Below are positions 13,816-26,630 of a stretch of 64,000 bases of DNA, in pieces; positions within the stretch are counted from its first letter, which is position 1; each line of letters starts with the position of its first letter. Under the pieces are notes generated by a model. It made no database searches. It was not told where the DNA came from and saw nothing but the letters and a program-made list of their open reading frames with translations. The position numbers were made by a program, and so were the translations under genes. The DNA comes from Paraspadella gotoi (taxonomy: Eukaryota > Animalia > Chaetognatha), in NCBI GenBank assembly GCA_051294375.1, contig CM119269.1, positions 16,171,010-16,235,009 of the forward strand, given 5' to 3'.

Positions 13816-13856
<41 letters not shown>

Positions 13857-15175
13857 TTCGTCATCGTCTTCCCTTTGATCCAATTGATGTTTTGCGGTTC
13901 TTTCTCTTTACGTCGGTGGCCTTTTCGTCCGTTGAGTCGTAGATGTCATCGTCCGACTCATCGTTGTCCTCTTTATATCGCATTGTCGTTGTTGTTGTTG
14001 TAATTGAGGATGTATCGATTGGTTTCGTTTGTTCTCGATGCTGCTCGCACCTGTAGCTTTCAAACGATACCGCCATTCCGAAAAAAATAATTTCAGGAAT
14101 TAAATGAACAAGGAACACAGACAGGTAGACGAACCAACCGAGCCACCTACCGCCACTCAAATGTCCTATGGAGTTTTTTAGTTAGTGCTACTTATTTAAC
14201 CTTTTGCTTTTAAGAATTGATCTTTTGTTGGTGACTGAATCTAAACCCTAATACGAAGCGAGTATTCACGGCGCAACTAAAAAAAATTCATCCCGCTCCA
14301 GAATACATAATAGTAGTAATTAGAGTCACTTTTCTTCACAATCACACAATTTGCATTTTGCCACTTTTTGTCAAATATTTTCGAAATGAACTTTTTTTAA
14401 ATATCTCTACATATATGTGTGTAGATTTTAGAATATCGTACCTAGTAAAATATTTATATATTTTGTTGTCGTTGTTGTCGTCTTCAAAGTCCATGAGTTT
14501 TTCTCTTCCTTTTAGTTTTGTTTGTTTTTATTATTTGTCCCGTTTTGTCGTCGTCGTCGTCGTCGCCTTCGTCGTCTCCCTCTTATGATGATCCACCATA
14601 ACCTCCCGTATGTAAATGGACGTCGGACCCTCGTTGAATCCTGATTTATCGCCGCCGCCACTGACGTCGCTTCCAACGCCGCCACCGCCGCTGCCGACTC
14701 CGCCGCCGCCGCCGCCGCCGCCACCGCCACAGCCGCCGCTGCCGCTGCCGCCGTCGTCAGCGTCTTCTCTGTCTCCCTATCACGCGAAGGAAGATGGTTT
14801 TTTGGTGGACGGACACGAATACGGACAAAATTCGGTTCCGTTATTCTCGTCTTTGTCGGCATTTGTTGTATTTGTCATTTTTATTGTCTTTGTCGTTGTC
14901 ATGGTCGTCATTGATCCTCAACCTCCGCCATTGTCGCCACTCGGCTGGTTTGTCACTAAATCTTGTTTGTTCTTTGTCATTCTTTTTAATTCCTTCGTCG
15001 TCTCTCGCGTCTTTGTCATTAGTCGTCGTCATCGACGGGGTTTTTAGTCTTCGTCAGCAATTTCTTTCTTTTTTTATTTCTCGTTGAAATCGGTTGTCAT
15101 TTTTTCTATTCTCATCTTTGCCATTGGCTTAATTTTGGTCCCTTTCGTCGTTAGCGTCTCTCTCTCTCTCTCCTC

Positions 15176-15227
<52 letters not shown>

Positions 15228-15545
15228 TCCCCCCCTCACCGACATTAAACCGAAACATGACGTTTGTTGTACCGTGGATGTAGGTTAACTCGAGTCTCGC
15301 CCTTCGCTCATTAGCTTCTGCTCTTTTTTGCTCCTTTCGCTTTATAAATTCGCTTTATTCGTCATTAAATCGATTGAACCTTTTGCTCTTTTGTTCACTT
15401 TTTTTTCGCCTTTCCAAGTTGATTCCCCTATCGCACCCCCCCCCTCATCGGCCTTATTCCCATCAGCGTCGTAACACTCTTCCGTTCTTCCTGTTTTACT
15501 GCTCTCCGCAAAGACGCGGACTCGATTCCTCGTTATCTCGAGTAT

Positions 15546-15584
<39 letters not shown>

Positions 15585-15585
15585 C

Positions 15586-15634
<49 letters not shown>

Positions 15635-16029
15635 TTCTCCCATCGCTTTTATATCTAGCCGACGGCAAAGTTCGAAGTCTTTCACTTCACTTTCACATCT
15701 CTTTCTTTTTCATTCGCTCTCTCTCTCACACACTCACTCTCTCCCAGGACCACTTTTTCCAGCGACCTTCCTCAACGCTCCCAAACGTTCTTTTCATTTG
15801 CCCGTTCACCCAATTTTTTTTTCCCTCCTCTTATTCACACCATGAACTCCTTTTCTTTCACTTTTTTTATGTTTTTTTTTCAATTCCCACGTCGCACCAC
15901 CACTACCACGACGCCACACCACCTCCCCATTTTGTTCTCCACAGCTCCCACCACCGCGAAGCCATGCGCGCGCCGGGATCTCCTTGTTATCTTTATAACG
16001 AAATCACTCTCCCATTCTCTCGGAAAAGG

Positions 16030-16113
<84 letters not shown>

Positions 16114-16212
16114 GATTGTTGAAATCTTACGGGAGAAATGAAAAGAAATCTTAATCGTGTTGCCTTCGCTTTTGATGAAGCGATTAAAACGTGGATGAGA
16201 AAGAGAAAGTGA

Positions 16213-16315
<103 letters not shown>

Positions 16316-16317
16316 TG

Positions 16318-16366
<49 letters not shown>

Positions 16367-18249
16367 AGGATGAGCGAAGGATGAGCGAAGATGCCAAAAA
16401 TAATGAACAATAAGAAATTAAAAATAATCATTTCTAGTTTTTATAATTTCACTTGTATTTTATGTTTTTTTCATCAACGTTATTTTCAAACAACATATTA
16501 ATATTTAACAATACATTTGTTGTATTTTAAGAATTGGTTCGGAAATATAAACTTTTCTGAAAGAATTGAGGATAACGATAATGTCGTCAAAAAGAAATAG
16601 AAGCATAACAACCAAAAACTAAACTCTCGGGGGAAGTCGACGATCGACATGCCACAACAACAACGACGGGACCAAGACGACGCGCTGACGAAGGTTGTTT
16701 GGAACGTTCTTCGCCGACGACAACGACGACGAAGACGACGACGACGTCGCCTTGAATAAACGAAAAGACTTTGGCGATTAACGCGATGGCAGATTCCGGG
16801 TTCAGCGACAATCCGGGGCTGGTGGGGTTTGAGAAGGGGTTGAGGTGGGATGTGAGACGCGATGGTGTACGGAGTCGTTGTTTGAGATTATGATGAGGGG
16901 ACTAAATATATATATATGACAAAGGTTCTTTTTTAAACAAACTCAAGTAAGGATTAGTAGAGAGTGCGTTGATGCCAAATTTAAGCTGTCAAAAATGATG
17001 AACGAATTAATTCGGGCAATGACTCTGAACCAGCATAAGTAGATTTGAAGGACATCAATATTAGGACAGATGTAAAGAAATATATATAAAAGAATAAGAA
17101 ACCAAGATGAAAGGGACATAAAATAATGTTGTAATAAAGGTTAAGCGTTTCGCATTTGGTGGGAAAGGGGAGAAGGTAGAAGGGCGAAGGGGGAAGGTAG
17201 AAGGGCGAAGGGGGAAGGACGAAATCGCCTTCGTCTTTTGGTTCGTCAAAATTCGGTTCATCTGCAAACAAAATGAGACTTCGTCGTCGCTTCCGCCCAA
17301 ACGAGGAGGACGACGACGACGAGGACGACGAGGACGACGACGACGACGACGACGGCATTCATACCGAATGCGACGGAGGACGTTAGAGTCTTGGATGCGG
17401 TAGTAATCGGGGGGTGGGAGGGGGGGACGGGAGAGCTGTTTTCGAACTTTTCTTTTCCGAGCAAAGGTGATCGAGAGAGACAATTAAAGTTTTGTTTCGT
17501 TTTCTTCTCCCGATATTTTCATTTTCTATTTTTTCTTCTCCTTATTAAAATACGTGAGTTAATTTTGTACACCCGCATTAGCATGAGACGGTGAGTTAAT
17601 TCAGTTACCGATTTTTTATAATTTTGAACGAAAGTAACAAATTTAGTTTGCGAAAAACATCGAGAACTGGGCGGTTTCCACCTCCGATAAAAAGAGAGAA
17701 CTGGGCGGTTTCCACTGGGCGGTTTCCACCTCCGTCTTTGTTTTGACCTCAGATTTTATTGTAGTGAAGATAAACGACTTTGTGAAATTGGTACAACGCG
17801 TTATTTTTGATGTTATTGTTGTCAGTACGATCAATCGATTAATGTCGCTTTGTCTTTCATGAGATGTTTTCATACTTATTTTGGTCTTAATATGTTTTAG
17901 CGTGCATGTAATTAAAATTCATTAAACAATAACATACGTATGTTTACTAAACATATATCTTTGACGTTAAACAATCCATCCCGTACCATCTCAGTACGTG
18001 AGACCACATCCCAAACTTTTCGCCCGGACAAAATCGTAGAAAACCGTTTCGCGTTTAAACGAGACGTCCCGCTTCGTTATCTCTACCGGGCATCCGCCGA
18101 CGCCGCAGCCCCAGCCGCCGCCGACGCCGCAGCCGACGCCGCTGCCGACGCATCCAGTCGACAACGCGAGGGGTCACGTGAAACGCGGTCCGCGGGATCG
18201 TCCCCGCGACGTGAGCGTGAGGGCTCGTGCGTATTACGGCCTTTATCGC

Positions 18250-18362
<113 letters not shown>

Positions 18363-18924
18363 CAGAGTTTGACCCGGAGATAAAATGTCGGGCGAGGAAG
18401 AATGGAAAGACCGACGTGGGAGAAGACGGGGTGAGGAAAATCAGGGCCGATTGTGAGGGATACGATGGGGAGAGGTTAAGGGATGAGAGGAAAGTGGGTA
18501 AGGTAAAGAAGAGGATGGGAGAATGGATGAGAAAAGGATTAGGAGAAAGAAAGTTAAAACGATTGGAGAGATGGAAGATAGGAAAAGAAAAATAAAGGAA
18601 GTTTTAACGTGTAAGGAAATCACCATATATTCATTTATAAAAATAAACGGAAGTATTTAAACAAAAACAATGCTAAAATAAGTTAGATATAAATATAAAA
18701 TAAGGTAAAAATCGTAAATGAGGACAAGAGTAAAAGGAATAAGTGAGTAAAACGTGTTAAGAGAAAAAAGAAAGGAATCAAAGATAATTTAAACTGAGGG
18801 ATGAAAAAAAAAAAAAATTTTTCAGTCAAAAGGAGGTAACAGAAGTCGGGGCTCAGAAAGAAAGGCACTATTTAACATTAGCGGCCAATTTTTGTTCCAA
18901 ATCTTGTAGTTAATTGTATCATTA

Positions 18925-19378
18925 ATTGTTCCGGTTCTCCTTTATGGTTGTGAAGTAAAAACTTTTTCTGTACGTAATATGAATAGACTTAATGTTGCTG
19001 TAAATGATGGTGTACGAAAGATTTTTGGATATAATCGATGGGAAAGTGTGAGAGAACTTAGGAGTATGTTTGGATACCACGACCTATCTACAATTTTTAA
19101 TAATCGTAAGAAAACCTTTATCTCAAAGATATATACAATGAAAAATACTGTTCTTCAGAAACTTGTTCCATTTTTTACAACATAAGAACAATTTTTAATT
19201 GTTTAAATTTTAATTAATTAATTTTATTTAATTAACTGTTTTTTTTTCTCTCTATTTTATGTTTTTTGCTTAGACTTAGTCTGTCTTTGTTTGTTTGTTT
19301 GTTGATGATGATTGTACTGAATCAACCTCGTTGTATTCGAATAAAATCGCATATATTAAACTTAAAATCTTAACTTAA
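18925..19378 (+). mobile_element. 5'-truncated non-LTR retrotransposon (LINE) 3' end
   Basis: Frame IVPVLLYGCEVKTFSVRNMNRLNVAVNDGVRKIFGYNRWESVRELR.. resembles the post-RT region of RTE/RTEX/L2-like ORF2 (P-x-L-L-Y-G-x-E); stop at 19185, T-rich 3' UTR, AATAAA ~19340 and a (CTTAA)n-like tail. Confidence 0.8.
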
Positions 19379-22223
19379 TCTTTTAATTTAAAAGCCGATT
19401 TAATTTTGAATTTAAGCTGAAATGGATAACCTTTGGAAAATATGGCCGTAAGACAAGAGCTGTTGGCAAATAAGGAAGGGTGAGAAGTCGATGAAGAAAG
19501 AAAAAGGAAGGAAGACGTCTTGTAATTGTAGGTTTGTAGGTCGCGAGAGAAGAGGAAATTCCGAGGGGAAATCGAGGAAAGATTCGCCTTTTATAAATTC
19601 CTCGCTTAACGAGTTCGCCTTTGAAGAGATCGCCGCCGATGACGTCATCTTTTTCAATTCGTAAAATCTTCTTAACACGTGGGAGGTTTTAAATATAAAA
19701 ATTAAAATTAAAAATATAAGTGAGAAAAACTGTTTTAAAAAAACGTGAATTGTCAGTCATCAGAATTTAGAAGTGCAATGACTGGGAATTTAATAAGAGA
19801 CGAATGATTCGATTAATTTTAACTATTGTTTAATTTGGGCATCATTGTCATTGTACCAAACTACCAATAAGCTAAGAATTTAGGAATTTTATGATATTTA
19901 AAGAAAAAAANNNNNNNNNNTATTGCTTATTTTGGGCATCATTATCATTGTACCAAACTACCAATAAGCTAAGAATTTCGGAATTTTATGTTATTTAAAG
20001 AAAAAAATTTGATATTATTAATTCACGATATTAAAGAAAATTTAAAACGTATATAGTAAAGAAGAATTTTTATTAGAATTTATATTTATTTATTTAACAT
20101 AATTAAAAAGTAGGATCGGGAATTTTAATTTAATATCACGAAGGGAGACAGGTGGTTCACATCGAAAGCGTTCCATGACGTCTGATTCCTACTCGGATGA
20201 TTGTCTATAAAGCAAAATATTGAATATGTTTACACTTACTGACTTAACACAGATAAAGTACAGATAAAAATAAAAAGGAAATGACCTTTTTATACGTTAC
20301 ATTGCAACATAGTTTTTAACCGGAAAGTTCAAGGTGCTGGGCTTTTAATAATTAATGACATGTACTTCTGCTAAGTATTAATTCAAAATACTCAGTCTTG
20401 TGCTGATATCTATAGGTGATGAAGACTTTATAATTTATAATATAAAATCATGAAATGAGCATCTCTTAGTGCATGACCATACTAGTTACTCCCAATCATG
20501 TATGTCATCCACCAAAACTACCCGCCCCCAGGTGTGGAAGTGAAACCATAAAGCCATAAAGGGTGACCCCTTAGAATATCCCCGAGACCTAGAGGTATCA
20601 CAATTCTATGCCCCAGGGACCATTATAAATCTATGCCCCAGGGGGCTTAAAATTGTATAACCCCTGGGGTTGCTTTATCTTTTTATAATTAATCAGCTAA
20701 TATTTTATCATGAAATGCTTTTTAATATTAAATAATATTTGATAAATTATGTTTTAATCAATAATATATTATAAAACTTTTATAATTAAAAAACATTTTC
20801 AATTTTATAAATGAATAAAAGAAATTTAAAATTAAAATGTTAATCATTTTGGATAATAAAGATTTAAAAAAAAATTGTTTCATAACTTATAATTATTTAA
20901 TATAAAAATGATGACGTATCTCCCAAGCATCGAATAAAATTATTGTTTTTGTTGAATTTTAATAAATCAGTTTTTACTTTTGAATTAAAAATAATAATGT
21001 TGCTTCCTTTTATACTTGATGTTTTTTGGTTTAAAAATATGAATTTAGAACGTTCTTGAACGTTATATTTGATAGTTTCTTATGAATTAGTTCATAACAT
21101 TTTATTTATGAGTCCATTTAAACGTTAGTGTCTGTTAGTGTTTGTTTCTGTTGAATTTTGATAGTTTAGTTTTTACTTGCTTACTGTTTTCTAGTTTTAT
21201 ACACTGATACTGTTTTTGATTTTGTCAATACTGTTTTTGGTATTAATAAAAAAAAAAAATAAAAAAAAAATAAAATTATGCAGTAGTATCTGAGCATTAG
21301 CATTTTACAAGTAAATGGGAAAAACCGATGGTCAGACCGAAGGACAGACTGATCAACGAAACTACAGACCGTAAAAAGACTACAGATTTTCAAAAATTCT
21401 CATGAAAATAAAGGTTATTGAAAATATTTGTATTATTTTCATTACTTAAAACTATTGAGATTACGGGCCAGTTGATAAATTCATATTATACGAGTTGTTA
21501 AGCACCAATATTAGCAAGATCTAGCCATGAGATACCTCAGTCGGGACCCGAGTCCACAAGTCCCAAATCCGAAACTACCAAGTTAGACGCATTTGATAAG
21601 TACTGAACGAAAGTTCAATTTATATCAGATGAATTTTATCCCCATAATTCGTTTCTTTCTTTCTTTCTTCTATCCTCTGTTTACCTGTCGTTTTGTCGTT
21701 AAATACATTAATACCATGACGTATTAGTGATAATAAAATCACGAGAAATGACAGAAAATGACATGAAAAAAAGAAATTTAGTGTACTGTAATATGCAAAT
21801 GAGATATTCGAAGGGGAAAGAATATCGTACGTTGCTAGGGAAATTTATACTAATCGCCGATAGGATATTCGGTGATTAGATGATAACACATATTAAGACA
21901 AAATGAAAGAAGACCTACCTATAGAATACATTCGATCTCCGTGTTATCTAAGTCTTATTATTATTTTACTTTGATTATTTAAATTGCGTCAGCCAGTCAT
22001 ATCAACCCTGAGGACTTACTGTGAGAGCGGAGTGTAAAAGCAAAGCGAGAATGAACAGAGAGAAAAAGCTGAGTAGATAACTCAAGAAAGGAAAAGGAAA
22101 AAAAAGAGAGAAAGGAAAGAGAAAGAAAAGGGAAAAGGAAAATGAAAAAGAAGAGAAAGAGAGGAAAGAGAAAGGAAAAAGGAAGGGAAAAAGAAGAGAG
22201 AGAGAAAAAGAGAAAGAGAGAAA

Positions 22224-22372
22224 GAAAAGGAAAAAGAGGAGAAAGAGAGAGAGAAAAGGAAAAAGAGGAGAAAGAGAGAGAGAAAAGGAAAAAGAGGAGA
22301 AAGAGAGAGAGAAAAGGAAAAAGAGGAGAAAGAGAGAGAGAAAAGGAAAAAGAGGAGAAAGACAGAGAGAAA
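22224..22372 (+). repeat. 29-bp purine minisatellite, ~5 copies
   Basis: Unit GAAAAGGAAAAAGAGGAGAAAGAGAGAGA repeated in tandem. Confidence 0.85.
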
Positions 22373-24648
22373 AGGGAGGAAATAAAGAAGAAGTGTGGAA
22401 GCGAGCGACCAAAAGGAGAAAAAGAAACGCGTCCAACAGGAAACCAGAAAAAAAGGGTTACAAAGTCGCGGATCGAGGTTTTTACTCCAATCTCTCGCGT
22501 TTCCTGACGACGGCGCCGCCGCCGACGCCGTTGCCGACGCCGCCGCCGCCGCCGCGAAGCCGCTACCGCCGCCGCCGCCCCCGCTGAATTCTCTGGAGGA
22601 AAGAAACAAGGGACACAAAAATGGAACATGGCACCCGGAATGAGAGATGGGGAGAGGGGAAGGAAGAAATGGAAGGAAATTGGATGGAATCTTAACGCGG
22701 GAAGAGAGGAAAAAATTGGGGAAGAGAAAACGAAAGGAAAGAGGGGAAAATGGAGATAAAATGAAGAAAAAGGAAGGATAAAATAAAAGAAATAAAAGGA
22801 TAATTAAAACAAAATGAAAGAGGTAAGTTAAGTAAAGAAAAAAAAAGGAGAGAACGATGTAAAAAAAAAGCGAGAAAAAAAGGAATAGAGACAAGACATG
22901 AGATAAAAGGTAAAAGGGTAGTAAAGAAAAGGGAAAAGGAGAACGAAGTTTGAAAGAAAGAAGCTAAGAAAAAGAAAAATTGGAAACGAAAAAAAATCAA
23001 GCAATCACGAGAGGCTGGTTAAAACGATGAGACAAGGAAACGAATAGGAGATGTAATTGTAAAAGCAGTAGTAGAGAATAAAAAAATATAGGAAGATAAA
23101 AAACTCAGACCAACTTTCAGAGGAAATAAAAACTAAGGATAAGAGGAAGCCATAAGAAGATGACAATTAGATAAAAGAAAGCAAAGCCAATTTTTGATTA
23201 GAAAAGGAGAAGATAAAGAAAATTTAAATGATCAAAAAAGGAGAAATATTAACATAATTGAAGGTAATAAGAATTAAATAAAACGAGACGACGTCATACT
23301 TGATACAGAGTGAGTAAAGAGCTCAGTCACTTGTTTGAAAAAAGGGTTTAAGGTCAAATTAAAGGCGGAATTGCTTTGAGAATGTAGTTGTGCTTGTTAA
23401 AGAGAAAAAAAAAATGCACAGGAAATTGTAAATTAGTATTAAACTATTCTTTGTGGGATTTATAAGTTCACTTTCTTATTCAAAAGGACTTTCTAGAGGC
23501 CATCGACTGCCTTTTGGACTTGCTTAAAAATGATTCGTCCATTTTAATCGAAATATTGGCAAGAAAATGAAAAAAGCCCTTGTAAATCCCACAAATAATC
23601 GCCTAATAGTTTTGCTTTTTCTTTATTCAATCAATATCTAGTTTTAATTAATGTTTTCGTATAATTTCACTTCTCTTCTCTACCGATCGACCATTTAGCT
23701 GTGGATTTGTCCGGATCAGCCACAACAACCGTAGTAGACAAAAGGAGCTATTCCAACAAGCAAAAGGAGCAGCTCTCAAGGCACAAGGAGAGTCCCATGA
23801 CCGGCGAAGGGAGCGGCGCCCAGATCCATTTCTGGACCGGCGTCGAGCGGCGGCGACCGGCGTCACTCAAGCAGCGCCGGATTTAATTTTGAAGCGGCGC
23901 GGAATGCCAGCTGACCCCTTTTTTTCGCCGAGTCGGTTCCACCGTGGGGGGGACGACAAGTCGATGGACAGGCGGACTGGGTGAGAAGGTGGGAGGTGGG
24001 AAGAAAGGGTGGGTTTGAGGTGGGGGGAGAGGGTTGGTTTGAGTGAGTCCTGCTGGCTTATCGGTGAGTGGGGAGTTGTAATAAAGGAAATATCAATTGG
24101 AGTGTGTTGGCTTGTATTGGCGTGACATTCAGGACAATTGCTCAATGCAATATGAAATGTGCATCATTGCTGACTGGTATTGAGTAGTAGGGTCTCAGCT
24201 GATTCAGGAGATGGAGACGAAAAAAAATTAGTGGGTAAGTGACAGTTAGGGTTGGATGGAGTCGCCAGAATGGGAATGATCGACTGGGGAGAAATAGATT
24301 TGCGGTTGACAAAGAATGAGTAGTGGAAAGCAAAGAGAAGGAAAGAAGTTGACGTGTGGCTGCGGTTGTGGTTAGGGAATGCGTGGAAAGAGAATAGAGG
24401 CGGAACAAAAAATTAAAGAAGCAAACGAGGGTTAAAAAAGAAGCAGGTTGGGAAGAGCGTTTGAGAAGTGTTGTGAAGATTGAATGGAGTGATGAGGCGT
24501 TCACTGCGAGAGGGTGGGGAGAAGTGAGTGAATTCAAAAGGATCTAAGAAAAAAAAAGGGAATGGACGAAATCGGAGGAAGGAATTTTTAAAAAGGACCA
24601 ACGAGAGAAAAAACCCAGAACGTAAGATCTCAGGTGCGATTATTCGTT

Positions 24649-24705
<57 letters not shown>

Positions 24706-25279
24706 AAATAGATATAGTGACAAGAATACGAAAAAAGTGAGAAAGAAATGAAGAAAAACAGAAAGAAAAAGTCTGACGCAAATCGACTTAAAAAAGTCAC
24801 TTGACTTTTAACTCCTTCGATTCGCCATTTTGCCCTTTTTTCCCCGCGAGCCACTTGGGGTTATTCCACCTCCGCCCCCTCACCCTCTCTGCTCCTCTTC
24901 CTTCTTCGCCCCCACCGCCCCACGGCGATTATCGCCCGAAATCGGGGTCTCGCGGCCCGGGAGCAAAGCCGCCCCCGCCGGGGATGAGCCTCCGCCGCGC
25001 TGCCGCTACGGAAGTCAATGGGGGCGAGCGGGGGCTCACGGATCGGCGGGGGCAAACGCACGCGCCGCGGGGGCACGAGAAGAGGCGAGAGCCCCGGGGT
25101 CTTCGGGCCAGAAAGGGGCGAGCCCTCGCCGGATCCCCGAGCCTGCGGGGCAAGGAGGGCGTGGACTCTGACGTCGCGTCCGGACTCGACGCCGATTCGA
25201 TGGCCAAAAGGGCAACAAAGAAGACGAGAGAGAGAGGAGAGATGAGAGATAGCACGAGACAGATGAGAGAGGAGAGCAG

Positions 25280-25318
<39 letters not shown>

Positions 25319-26100
25319 GAAGAGGAGAGAATGGATGAAGATTTAAAAAAAGTACAAAGAATACTTCTTATTGACAACAACAGCGATTTTATTCAAATTC
25401 AAAATAGTTGAAACAAATTTAAGACGGGTAAATCAAAAGTTTTGAAATTTAATTTCAATTTTACTAATAAATTTTGATGAAATATGTTGTAGAATTTTTC
25501 GAAAAATATCGGGCTAGTTATACAGCAAGGCTAATGGCGTACTACTACGTATGGGCCGATGGATCATCGACCACGGACAATCTTTGTTCACATTAACCTC
25601 GGTTCCATCAACTCCGTCGCTCCATTCACTCCTTCCCGCATCACATCTCCTCCAGTCGAGCATCACCGCGCCAATCTCACATCTCGGTTTTTTCCTTCTC
25701 TCTCACGAGAGGGCGTTGAGGTGAGACCCGCTCTATTTTGTTTACCGAGTTACAAGACATTAAAGATTTCATGGGCAATAAAAAGAGGGAGAACGGGAAA
25801 GGTCATCCCAAGGTCGCGCGAAACTCCCGCCATTTTTTTTTGGAGTTTGGAAATCGAGGGAGAAAGTTTGTGAGGTTTTTTTTTCGTTGTTTTATTTTTT
25901 TTTTTTTTTTGAGAGAGTAGAGCTGTTGTCGTATTGACATTGTCATTTGTCAATATTGTTTTCACTATGGTGTGGCGAATGAAATACCCTATTTTCATAT
26001 TTATTTAAGTGAAAGCTTTTTTTAATTAGTTCTTGTTCAGTTCTCTTGAGAGAGAAAGAGATAGAGATAAAGGAAGAGAAAGAGAGAAAGAGAGAAAGAG

Positions 26101-26196
<96 letters not shown>

Positions 26197-26454
26197 TGCC
26201 AACGATGGTTCCACCTTCACGATTCTCTTTGAAGCCGAAAATAAATAAAAACTGACCCCAGCGAACTCGAGCTTACAACGAACTCGATTCCAACGCCTTT
26301 CCCTTTTCCATTTTTCTTCCTTCCTCCATTTCATTCTTTTTCCTTTTTCTTTTATCTTTTCTTTGATTTTTTTTATGTTTGTTTGTTTTTTCTTTGTTTT
26401 TTTTTTAAAGGCATCGTCGAAGTTCGAGAAGTTGTTTTTTTTTATCCTAAGCCA

Positions 26455-26630
26455 ATTAATCGGCGCCGTCGTTTCGGCGTCGTTTCGCGCCGGCGTTCCG
26501 GCGTCGTTTAGTTCGGCGCTCGGAGAGGCGCCTTTTGACCTCCCGCGAAGTTCGGCGGCCGACGAATCACTTCCGAGTCAACAACCGCCTTCGAAATGGC
26601 AACTGGTTGCCGACAAAATGGCGGTTCGGG
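26455..26630 (+). promoter_or_regulatory. CpG-rich promoter-like island
   Basis: E2F-like TTTCGCGCC (~26483), ETS-like CACTTCCG (~26568), YY1-like AAAATGGCGG (~26615); downstream donor-like sites at ~26865 and ~27176; no recognisable CDS. Confidence 0.4.

Noticed and set aside
14512-15047. Ala-rich (minus) and Pro-rich/hydrophobic (plus) ORFs
   Set aside because: Driven by (GCC)n and (GTC)n repeats; no splice structure or recognisable domain.
19830-20010. Direct repeat around an N-gap
   Set aside because: Typical unmerged contig overlap.
22224-22372. 29-bp repeats as a CRISPR array
   Set aside because: No unique spacers; a purine minisatellite in eukaryotic DNA.
24801-25346. GC-rich overlapping ORFs
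   Set aside because: Open in several frames because of GC content; more likely a CpG-rich regulatory island.
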